From the human T2T-CHM13v2.0 reference genome, Homo sapiens: 64,000 nucleotides of DNA. Positions 53,200-64,000 of the stretch are shown piece after piece. The stretch lies in assembly GCF_009914755.1 (NCBI RefSeq), contig NC_060934.1, one strand, 5' to 3'. Position numbers and translations under genes: made by a program. Each line of letters starts with the position of its first letter. Within the stretch, counting starts at the first letter, position 1. The notes beneath the pieces were generated by a model. It did no database searches. It was not told the origin of the DNA and was given only the letters and a program-made list of their open reading frames with translations.

Positions 53200-54030
53200 A
53201 GAGAATTTTCACTTAAGAAAATGACTATTTTAAGTAAATAAGTTGAGAAACTTTAGAAGATTTTCTTAAAATGCAAAAATAAAATAAAGAATGAAGAACA
53301 ACAATGAACTGATGACTAAAATGGAGCATAGAAAACAGGTCTAATATAAGAATGATAAGAATTCTCCAGGAACAAAACAAATGAACAATAAAGAATAAAA
53401 GAATATAATTGTAATACAAAAATAAAATCAGAAACAAAATCACTGTTATTTTTGCTGAAAAATAGAACTATCTCTTAGACACAATTGAATTGATAAAAAG
53501 CAAAATTTTGCATATAAGATTAAATTTAAAATCCCACTTATATCCAGAAATTAAAATAAGTTAATATAAAAGAAACAATAGTAATAATAAAATCCACAGA
53601 ATCCTCAGATGACTACTCTACAACAGCAAATTGAAGTAAACAATAAAGTTTTAAGTACTGAGCTTAGAGGAGAAAATAATTTGACTCAGGAATGCAATAC
53701 ACAGTCAAGCTGTTTACTCATATATTACAGACCAAAAGGTATTTTCAAATATATATAATTAACAAAGCATACAACTCATGGATTCTTTCTAAAATTCATT
53801 GAAAGATGAGTTAAGAGTCAAAATAATGAAACGAAGCCAATTTGAAGTCAGTTAAACCAAAAAAAATTTAAATAACTGAAATTTAAATAACTTAAATTTG
53901 AATAAAATCAGCTTTATAAACCTGATTAGTAGTAATCATACTTTCAAAATCATGAACGTAAAAGTGACTACCCAATATGCAAATAGTAATTAATGACAAT
54001 AATTTGGAGTTAAAGTACTAGATTGTAATA
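53200..54030 (+). mobile_element. Highly degraded L1 ORF1/HAL1-like remnant
   Basis: A-rich; aaaataatttgactcaggaatgcaatacacagtcaagctg resembles the ORF1 C-terminal region. Confidence 0.4.
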
Positions 54031-54111
54031 ACAAATAGAGTGGGTCATTGGTGTATCACATAGTGGTAAAGACAGAAAGCCTTACAGTCAGATTGACTGG
54101 ATTAAAGTTAT

Positions 54112-54514
54112 TGAGGTAGGAGATGGGGCTCAATTCCGGAGGTGGGGCTCAGACACTGAACCAAATTGAGGACTAGCTAAGACAGGGAGGGGTTGGATGC
54201 AGCTTTCTGTAAGACACACCCACCAGTGTGCTGTGTCAGTTTACCATTGCCACAGCAACATTCAGAAGTTACCACCCCTTTCCATGGCAAAAACCAGAAA
54301 ACCCAGAAGTTACCACCATTTTCTAGAAATTTCTGCATAGTCCACCCCTTATGTATGTAACAAAAGTGGGTATAAATATGACTGAAGGACTGCCTCTGAG
54401 CTGCTGCTCTGGGCACACTGCCCATGGGGTAGCCCTGCTCCACAAGGAGCAGTGCCTCTGCTGCTGCTGTGCACTGCTGCTTCAATAAAAGTTGCTGTCT
54501 AATACCACTGGCTT
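54112..54514 (+). mobile_element. MER50 (ERV1) LTR, 3' (U5) truncated
   Basis: tgaggtaggag...gaaccaaattgaggactagctaa start; TATA-like tataaat at 54371; AATAAA at 54484. Confidence 0.85.
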
Positions 54515-54716
54515 AAGTATTAAAATTAAAGTATTAAAATAATAGATGAATATATTGAACTGATCTTATTTCAGAATGGAAAAAACTTTCTAAATATGAA
54601 ATAAAAAATTACAACATGAGAAATATAGATGGGATTTGACCAATAAAAACTGAAAATCTGCAAGATTGAAATGCAAATGATATAGCAAAACAAAATGATA
54701 CATAAAGTGTTATTCT

Positions 54717-54918
54717 TTTTTTCCAACTTTTATTTTAGGTTCGGGGGTACCTGCGCAGTTTGTCATATGGGTAAATTATGTGTCACGTGGGTTTGGTGTA
54801 CAGATTATTTGGTCATGCTGGTAATGAGCACAGTTCCCAGTAGGTAGTTTTTCGATCCTCACCCTCCTTCCGCCCTCCACCCTCAGGTAGGCGTCCATTA
54901 TGTTTCTTGTTCCATTCT
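54717..54918 (-). mobile_element. L1PA16-like 3' end, heavily 5'-truncated
   Basis: gggtaaattatgtgtcac...taggtagtttttcgatcctcaccctcc; 16-bp TSD cataaagtgttattct / cataaagtgttactct. Confidence 0.85.
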
Positions 54919-55316
54919 CATAAAGTGTTACTCTAAACATAGAAAGGGATTAGACAATTTAATGAAATGAGAAATCTCATTAAACAAGTAAGTAAGGAAC
55001 ATGAATAATAGTTATTATCACACACACAGGAAAACTTAGTAAACCAAGCAGTGGAAATTAAAACTGCAACCTGATTCTATTTTCTCAAATCAAATTACCC
55101 AGAATTATACATTAAAAGTTAGCCTGGAAGTGTTAATTAATATAACTTTTTCACAATAAAAATTATCATCTATATTATGAGTTTTAAAACCATTCACTTT
55201 TTAATACAGTAGCTTTGTTTTTAGTAATTTGTCTTAAGAAAGATTATTATTACAGACATAGATACATATTTGTAAGGATATTTTTATCATATAATTGATT
55301 ATAGTGTAAAAGTATC

Positions 55317-55605
55317 GGCCGGGCGCAGTGACACATGCCTGTAACCCTAACACTTTGGGAGGCTGAGGCGGGCGGATTGCCTGAGCTCAGGAGTTGGAGA
55401 CCAGCCTGGGCAACATGGTGAAATCCCAAATAATACAAAAAAAAATAGCCGGGGGCAGCAGCGGGTGCACCTGTAGTCCTAGCTATTCCAGAGGCTGAGG
55501 CAGGAGAATGGCTTGAACCCAGGAGGCGGAAGTGGCAGTGAGCAGAGATCACGCCATTGCACTCCACCCTGGGCGACAAAGCGAGACTCCGTCTCCAAAA
55601 AAAAA
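55317..55605 (+). mobile_element. AluS-type
   Basis: Full dimer, ggattgcctgagctcagg variant, small linker deletion. Confidence 0.92.
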
Positions 55606-55606
55606 G

Positions 55607-55869
<263 letters not shown>

Positions 55870-55893
55870 TTATCCATTTAAATTTGTCAACAA

Positions 55894-56791
<898 letters not shown>

Positions 56792-56940
56792 AATTTTAAA
56801 CAGTAGTGGAATAAGTAATGAAATCTATAATAGAATACTTTATGAAACATAATGAAATGTTAAACAGCCCTTAAAGATCATATTCTCAATAAAAACTTAA
56901 GTTTAAAAATATAGTAAGGCATAAACTAACATAAAAAATA

Positions 56941-57360
<420 letters not shown>

Positions 57361-58331
57361 TTAAGGAACAGAACCACAAAGCACATAAGAAAAAGGAGAC
57401 AGAAGCATGTTTTGAGATGAACCATCTACTATTTACCAAAGAGTTAATTTAAGCATGAATATGTTCCCAAAACTGTAATAAAATACATATTATATACACA
57501 AATTATGATTCTGGTGTTAACTATTTACTTCCTTAAAACATTAACAAAGCACTGAGCTAAAGAGGCCCCAGGGAGTATCTGAATTCCAGTCTGGTTCCAG
57601 GTCCCCCTCTTCTTATGCATCAATTCTCTTTCTGATTACAACCCACCCAGTGCACAAAGAATCATGAACTGATCTCTTCTTTAAATCAGAGCTGTACAAC
57701 CAATTAAGAAAGCTTCAGACTGCTACTGCGCAAACCCTCCATTCTCAAAATAAATACTGCATTTCTCAACCATAAATATATATGGGAAGAAAAGTATCCT
57801 TTAATATCCAACAGCAGAATTTTTCCCAGGGACAGATTGTGTTACTGAGGAATACACTTTAGTGGATGTGTTTTGAGAGGTAAGCATTTGACAAAGAAAC
57901 AAGCAGTGATTGCCTACGGTGGGGAAGCACATTAAATCCCTGGATGGCTGCATCTGAATATGGTTGCAGGCAGAGAGTTTAGACAGATTGGTCCATGTAA
58001 TGAACAAGGCTCTTTGGAGCCAAAAGCAACCAACAAGGGACACAGATAAGGAGGTCTTGGAGACCAAGCACAGTATTTAGAGTATCAGTATAGTGGGCAG
58101 CAGAGCCTAGGAGACCACTCAAAACTTCTCAGAGAAAAATGTCTGCAGGACTGCTAATAACAGGGAAGTCTAGTGTTCAAGTTTCCATTGCTCAATGTGC
58201 TTTTGTCTGCTGTAATCTTTACTATCGCCCCTCCTTTGGTAAAGTCACTTCACATACAGCCTGGATGTGGTGGCACTGGGGAAATAAAAGTATTTTATTG
58301 GTGCAGGATTTTTCTCAGCCCCTTCATTGGA

Positions 58332-59155
58332 TTCGCAACAGGGTGCCCCATTTACTCAGCCCACCGCACTTAACCACTTGCAGGAGGAAGCATGTAAAGC
58401 GAGTGAGTGCAAGATCCAGCCAGCTGCTCCAGGCACCAGTGGAAACAAGCTCCATGCAGGGCCCACGGCCGCACCCAGGTGGGGGTGCCTGTGACCCCAA
58501 AGCCCCAGAGAGAGTGTTGCAGTGCTCTCTTAGCTCCTCCATCTGCAGATGGCTGTGTGTTAACAGCTTAGTTGGCCCGTTGCCTCATTGCACCAGGGGG
58601 CTTCCCTCTGCCAGTGAGAGCAAAGGGCCGATGTGACAGCCTTTTGTGTACCCGCCCTCAGTGGGTCCTGAGCTCTTGTCCAGCATCCAAGAAGAATGAG
58701 GTCATGCAGACACCTGAAGGATGGTGAAGGTAGATAATTTTATTAAATGATGGAAATGGCTTTCAGCAAAGAGGGGAGCTGGAAAGGGGATGGGAAGGGC
58801 AGATTGTCTTCCCCAAAGTCAGGTCTCTTCTCCCTGAAGTCCGACTGTCTTTTCCCTGGAGTAAAGCCATCTCTCTTCCCCAAAGTGAGGCCATCTCTCC
58901 TCTCTATCTACTGAGTCTGGGGTCTTTATAGGCACAGGATGGGGGCAGGGTGGGCTGTAGGTAGTTTTGGAAAAGGCAACATTTGACTGGTAAAAAGACA
59001 TTATTCAGAAAGAACCAATCAGGAGAGAGCAGGCAAACAAAAATAGAAGTTCTCACTTTGGGCTATGGGTTTCAGGCTACTTTTGCTTGAAGATGGGGTT
59101 TCACTGGGGACCCACCCATGTCTGCCTAGAATTCCTTTGCCTCCTGCCTCTATGA
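58332..59155 (-). mobile_element. ERV1 solo LTR of the LTR1/LTR27/LTR28 group (LTR27-like)
   Basis: Reverse-complement start tcatagaggcaggaggcaaaggaattctaggcagac...ggtccccagtgaaaacccc; internal tcttccccaaagt repeats. Confidence 0.75.
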
Positions 59156-59379
59156 ACATGATGTGAGAAAAGGAGAACAGAGGCTGGAACTCAGGGCCAG
59201 TTGTGAGAGAGGAGGTAGAGTAGCCCTGAATACCTTGAGATGTTGAAATAGACATAAATGGTGTGTGGGAGCCCAGGGTGAGTGAGTTTTACTTAAGAAT
59301 GGAGAGTGGGGTTACTTTGGTAGCTGAAAAACTTGGTTTTGCCCAGTAGCTAGTATCTGGGTTGTCTTCCCAGATATAG

Positions 59380-59615
59380 TTTTTTTTTTTTATTAAATTA
59401 TGTTCACTCACTCAGGAGATATATGTTTTAAGAACACGACTACAAAACCCATGAAGCCACCACTTAGGTTAAGAAATAGAACATTATGAGTACCTTAGAA
59501 GCCCCCAGTGTGCCAGTGGTATCCCTTTTCCCAACAAGGCATAAGCACTATCTTGACTTGTGTATTAATCATTTCTTCACTTTTCTGTATTGTATCTTTA
59601 AATAACATATTATCC
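59380..59615 (-). mobile_element. L1ME-class 3'-end fragment
   Basis: gccaccacttaggttaagaaatagaacattatgagtaccttagaagcccc. Confidence 0.6.
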
Positions 59616-60440
59616 AGGTGTGAAAACTGAGTAGCAACCTCTGGCCAGCTATTTAAGGACACATGGCCCCCAGCAGCTGAAGGCTCTTAGGAAGAGCTAA
59701 GATGAACAGTTTCCACTCAGTGAATGACTGCTCTTCCCCTAAGCATTCACTGGAATGCCTCTCGGGACAGACTCCTCCGGCTATGGTCATGGACCGCGTC
59801 CTTGACCATCTGAGAGAAGTGCAATAGTCGGAAATGCAGGAGCCACAGCTCTTCTGATTGTAAATGCGCTGAGAGGACATTCCACAAAACTGTCCAAGTG
59901 GGGCCAGCCTTTAATCCAGGCTGAGGTCCTAGGAACCGAGGCTGAGGCTGGGCTACTGTTCACTGTGGATGTGAGGCCAAGGAAGCCACAAGAGAGAACG
60001 GGGATCTGGAAAGGAAAGAGGCTGCCTGAAAGGAAGTGGCTCCACAGGAGACCTCAAGGCAGGGTGGCACAGGGCAGGGTTCCACAGCAGCTAACGGAAC
60101 AAGTGTGGCAACATGGACATGTAAGCACATGATTTACTACTTAGACTGACTGAGCAGAGTCCACAGAATGGAATGTCCAGGCACCTTTAAACAAAACTGG
60201 AGGCCCCTGCCTGCTCTCCTTCCCATCCAAGATGGTCGGTGTGGTCTTACTACTCACCTTGTTTCCTAGGCCCGTATTTAGTTCCCTCCAAAATGTCATA
60301 ATAGTAAATGGGCTAATGTGTTGCCTTTCCATGATATTTTATGGCAATAGGTGGAGTTAAGCTGACTTATCTGCTTCACGTTTTTGCTTCACAGCAGAGG
60401 TCTCTTCATTTGATTCTCTTTTATGTGTCTACTTCTTTAT

Positions 60441-60990
60441 AAATACTGTGAAATGTGAGACCTATATTTTTATAGTACTTTTTCTCTATATGCAATGCAA
60501 TTCTTGAAATATTTGGATTATTAACAAATTTTTAATTGTTTTCTAATAACTGTATTTGTGCTTTCTTTCCCCCAATTTTTCTGCTTTCTCTGGTTTTAAT
60601 TGGCCATTTTATATAATTCCATTTTATATCCTCTCAGTGTGTGAATTATAATTCTATTTTTTATTTTATAGTAATTGCCATAGGTTTTCCAATATTCATC
60701 TATATCTAATCTAAGTTTACCTTCAGATCACACTATAGAGCTTCATATGCAGTGCAAGTACCAGAATATTTCTAATTTCTCCCTCCCACAAGTTATCACA
60801 TTACTGCCATTCATTGGTCACTGCCAAGGGCTGGAGGGAGGGGTGACAGCTAATGGATATGGGGTATCTAAATATTTTGTAATTATTAATAGATAGTGGT
60901 AATTTGTTAATATCCAAATATTTCAAGAATCACATTGCATATAGATAAAAAAGTAATATAAAAATATAGGTCTCACATTTTACAGTATTT
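60441..60990. repeat. 90-bp inverted repeat (arms 60441-60530 and 60901-60990, 370-bp spacer)
   Basis: Manual alignment: 5 substitutions and two 1-bp indels. Confidence 0.92.
60540..60812 (-). mobile_element. Old L1M inter-ORF fragment
   Basis: ttttctgctttctctggttttaattggccattttatataattccatttt. Confidence 0.55.
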
Positions 60991-61098
60991 TAGAAACAAG
61001 TCAATAACCTGGTTTCATGTGAATACACAAAAAACCTCTGAATCACACACTTTAAATGGTTAAATTTTGTAGTGAATTATATCTCAATAAAGGTATTA
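60813..61098 (+). mobile_element. L1MB-class 3' end, split by the inverted insertion at 60901-~61009
   Basis: gctaatggatatgggg...agatagtggt | ggtttcatgtgaatac...gaattatatctcaataaa. Confidence 0.7.
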
Positions 61099-61555
61099 TT
61101 AACAAAAGCTCACATATTGTATGATCCTGTGTATATAATATTTTGAAATGACATTATAGAAATGGAAAACAAATGAGTGGTTCCCAGGTATTATGAATGG
61201 GGGGAGGGAAAGGGGACACAGGTGGGTGTGGTTATAAAAGGGCCACAAGGTGATCTTCGTGGTGCCAGAGATGTCCAGGAGTTTCTGTGACAGTGGATAC
61301 ATGTGATTACAAATGTAATAAAATTAGATACAACTAAGTACATCCACAAATGAGCACAAGGAAAACTGGAGACATTTGAATAAAATCAGTGGGTCGTATC
61401 AATGTCAATAACCTGATTGTGACATTATACTATAATTTTGCAAGTGGTCACCACTGGGGGAAACTGTGGGGGTACATGGGATCTCTCTGTTATTTCTAAC
61501 AACTGAGTGTGAATTTACAATTATCTTAAAATAAAATTTTAATTTAAAAAAGGTA
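61099..61555 (+). mobile_element. L1MD-class 3' end
   Basis: caccactgggggaaactg...gggatctctctg...gaatttacaattatcttaaaataaaa. Confidence 0.7.
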
Positions 61556-62122
61556 TAAATCAACCAAGATGTCCTAGGTGAATAGATAAATATGCTGTGG
61601 TACGTTTATATGATGGGCTATTATTGAGGACTAAAAAGAAATGAGCTATCCAGCCACAAAAGACATGGAAGAAGTGTAAAGGCATATTATGAAGTGAAAG
61701 TAGACAATCTGAAAAGGCTTCATACACTATGATTCCAACTATCTGACATTCTGGAAAAGGCAAAACCATAGAGGCACTAAAAAGATCAGGTACTGCCAGG
61801 GCTGGGCAGATAAAAGGATGACTAGGTAGAGCATATGGGATTTAGGGAAATAAAACTATCCTGGTATATTCATACTATAGTGGTAGATAAATCACATTCT
61901 GTGTTGTTAAAACCCATAGAATGTACACCAGTGAAGTCTAATGGACTCTGGGTGACAATGGTGCATTGATGTTGGTTCACCAATTGTCATGAGTGAGCCC
62001 TCTGGAAGAGAATGCTGATGGTGAGGGAGGCTGGAGGGTTGCCGGGGGTAATGTGTGTGGGAACTCTCTGTACTTGCCAGTCAACTTTGCTGTGAAGCTA
62101 AAACTACTCTAAAAAATAAATG
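61556..62122 (+). mobile_element. L1MC-class 3' end
   Basis: aaatgagctatccagccacaaaagacatgg...gggaactctctgtact...ttgctgtgaagctaaaactactctaaaaaataaa. Confidence 0.75.
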
Positions 62123-62165
62123 CTATTAATTTTTTTAAGCAAAGAGTGAAAAGCAGTCCACCCAG

Positions 62166-62173
62166 TTTCTTTT

Positions 62174-62236
<63 letters not shown>

Positions 62237-62259
62237 CTCTCTCTCTCTTTCTTTCTTTC
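62166..62259. repeat. (TTTC)n/(TC)n microsatellite
   Basis: Direct reading; polypyrimidine mirror repeat. Confidence 0.95.
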
Positions 62260-62439
62260 ATGAACACTACCATAGTGGAAGCTACCTTACTCATGCTTGA
62301 GTCAACCTGCTGAATTGATTAATGTTTCCCATTCTCTCTTCAAATATATTGAACAACGTATACGGCAATGCAGAAAACTTGGGACTAGAAAACCATTCAT
62401 TAGCATGTGTACAAATTTCTGCACCTTCCAGAAGAGTTT

Positions 62440-62740
62440 GCCTCAATTATATGTTATTATGTGATAGTCAAGTATTATTAAATTGATATACCAGTATGAA
62501 AAGAGAGCTGTTGAATATAATGAAATTAAGCTGGATATTTTGGAAGAACTCTATACAGCCAAGTTTTAAGGAAATTCTTCTCAAATTGGGAATGAGAGAA
62601 ACAACAGCAAAGTATTGAAAAAAGTTTATTTCAAAAACTTCAGCAAAATTCTGTACCTACATTGCTTTGCAAGAGTTCTGCTTTAAATAATTGCACATTA
62701 TTATAGGTATGGTTTATGCAAGAAAGATGATGCAGCACAA
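62440..62740 (+). mobile_element. TcMar-Tigger transposase N-terminal (CENP-B-type HTH) fossil
   Basis: Broken peptides KLDILEEL.., KLGMRETTAKY*KK, FCTYIALQ, L*VWFMQER*C resemble the Tigger/pogo DNA-binding domain. Confidence 0.6.
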
Positions 62741-64000
62741 CTTGGTCTCATTTACCTGTCTGAAGTTGAAAGAAAATGGTTATGGTTAACATGTTAAACT
62801 TTATAATTTCAGCATTACCTCTGTATTCTGATGAGACAGCCCTAGTCATGATAACTGTGAGAATTTGTGCTTGACATTTTCTACATGGTTCAGGTACATG
62901 GGGGTCTAATTGTGCTGAAATGCAGATGTGCCATACCCACAGATGATGCCTTTAGAACTCTGTCAACCTGTGTCGAACCCTTCTGAGGAGAATCTGAACA
63001 ATGTCATCTGAACCTTGGGTAATTCGCAGTCTATAAATTCCAGACCATTTTCAATGTAGGGCCCTCATTACAAGACAGGGCATCAGGCCTCAAAAACATC
63101 TGTGAGTCAGGTCCTGTGGGCTTTGCCACTGTCTCCAGCACACAATTCAAAGATGAGATGATATATGCCTATGTAGACACAGAAGGGGCAGTCATGGAGG
63201 GACAAGAAAGGCTTTTTTCATGGCTTTGTAACACTATTGAAGTTTTTTTTTAACAAAATCTACCTACAGGTTTCAGAGCCATGGAAACATGATCCATGGT
63301 TCCTTTCGATGTTCTTTTCATTGTGCTTTCCAAGGACTATTGACATTTCATCCATAACAGCAGGGTATGTTTTTAATGGGTTGGTAGAAAACATACTTAT
63401 CCAAATATAGGCCTCGTGGTATATTTGTCATGCAACTTGGCCTTGCAGTTGGAGTTGAAAGCTGCTGCTGTCAAAGGAAATATTTGGGTGACTCAGCCAA
63501 GAAAGCAGTTTATTGGTTTTGGCAGCAGACAACAGGTGAATATTTCATGGAGGAGAGAGGTTTTAATAGTTGTTTATACAATCTGCCCAGCCATGGCCAA
63601 GGTTGTTTAGATTGGTGAATTGAACAATATTTCATTCCTCATGAGCCTGCTGACTTCTGTTGATGGGTTGATGATGCCACTATTTGCTTTACATGATTGG
63701 GGTAAATTTCTCACTTCACCAATATAGTCTCCAGCTCCCTGGAGGAGCAACATCTAGGGATTGGGGCATCTGTGCTAGACAAGCTCCTTTAGTCCTCTGC
63801 CAATTTGGCAGGAGCCTACAGAAAATTCCTGCTGCACCTTTTTAATGATTGTGGAAGTCTACATGGCTCAGTGACTCTGGTTAGAGTGCATTTTATCACA
63901 AGAGCTTGCCTGTGTGTGTGAGTAGATTACAGCATGTCGGCTACCCACTTTCCCAGGGAGGCTGGATGCACTGGATATGCACAGTAAGGACGCCCTGGTC

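Noticed and set aside
58139-58636. 165-aa ATG-initiated ORF
   Set aside because: Most of it is the antisense strand of an ERV1 LTR, with no recognisable domain.
60441-60990. Inverted repeats read as the TIRs of a MITE
   Set aside because: The spacer is two unrelated L1 pieces, one of which continues beyond the right arm, and there is no TSD.
62963-63064. Protein-looking minus-strand peptide GPYIENGLEFIDCELPK...
   Set aside because: Bounded by stops, with no start codon or splice acceptor, and no family I can name.

Overview
Primate genomic DNA, hominoid and probably human (AluY/AluS/AluJ SINEs plus an L1PA4-type LINE). It is AT-rich, has no CpG island, and well over half is interspersed repeat: L1s of many ages, 14 Alus, MIR/L2, ERV1 and MaLR LTRs, and hAT/Tigger DNA transposon fossils. 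I find no intact protein-coding gene. The only ORF-track peptides with recognisable homology are broken L1 ORF2 fragments; the others are Alu-derived, LTR-derived or chance ORFs. I see no new multi-gene system. The best second-look items are small: a 36-nt tailless U2 snRNA retrocopy with a 13-bp TSD inside an old L1; a ~280-bp direct duplication 1.6 kb apart; a 90-bp inverted local copy inserted into an L1 3' end; a perfect 20-bp-arm hairpin; two tailless internal retroelement fragments with short flanking repeats; a near full-length ancient L1MB; strong minus-strand L1 bias; a consensus-quality + strand intron candidate that hints at a spliced non-coding transcript; and AP-1/ARE motif clusters. 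Subfamily names come from remembered consensus sequences, and boundaries of old repeats are approximate (tens of bp).
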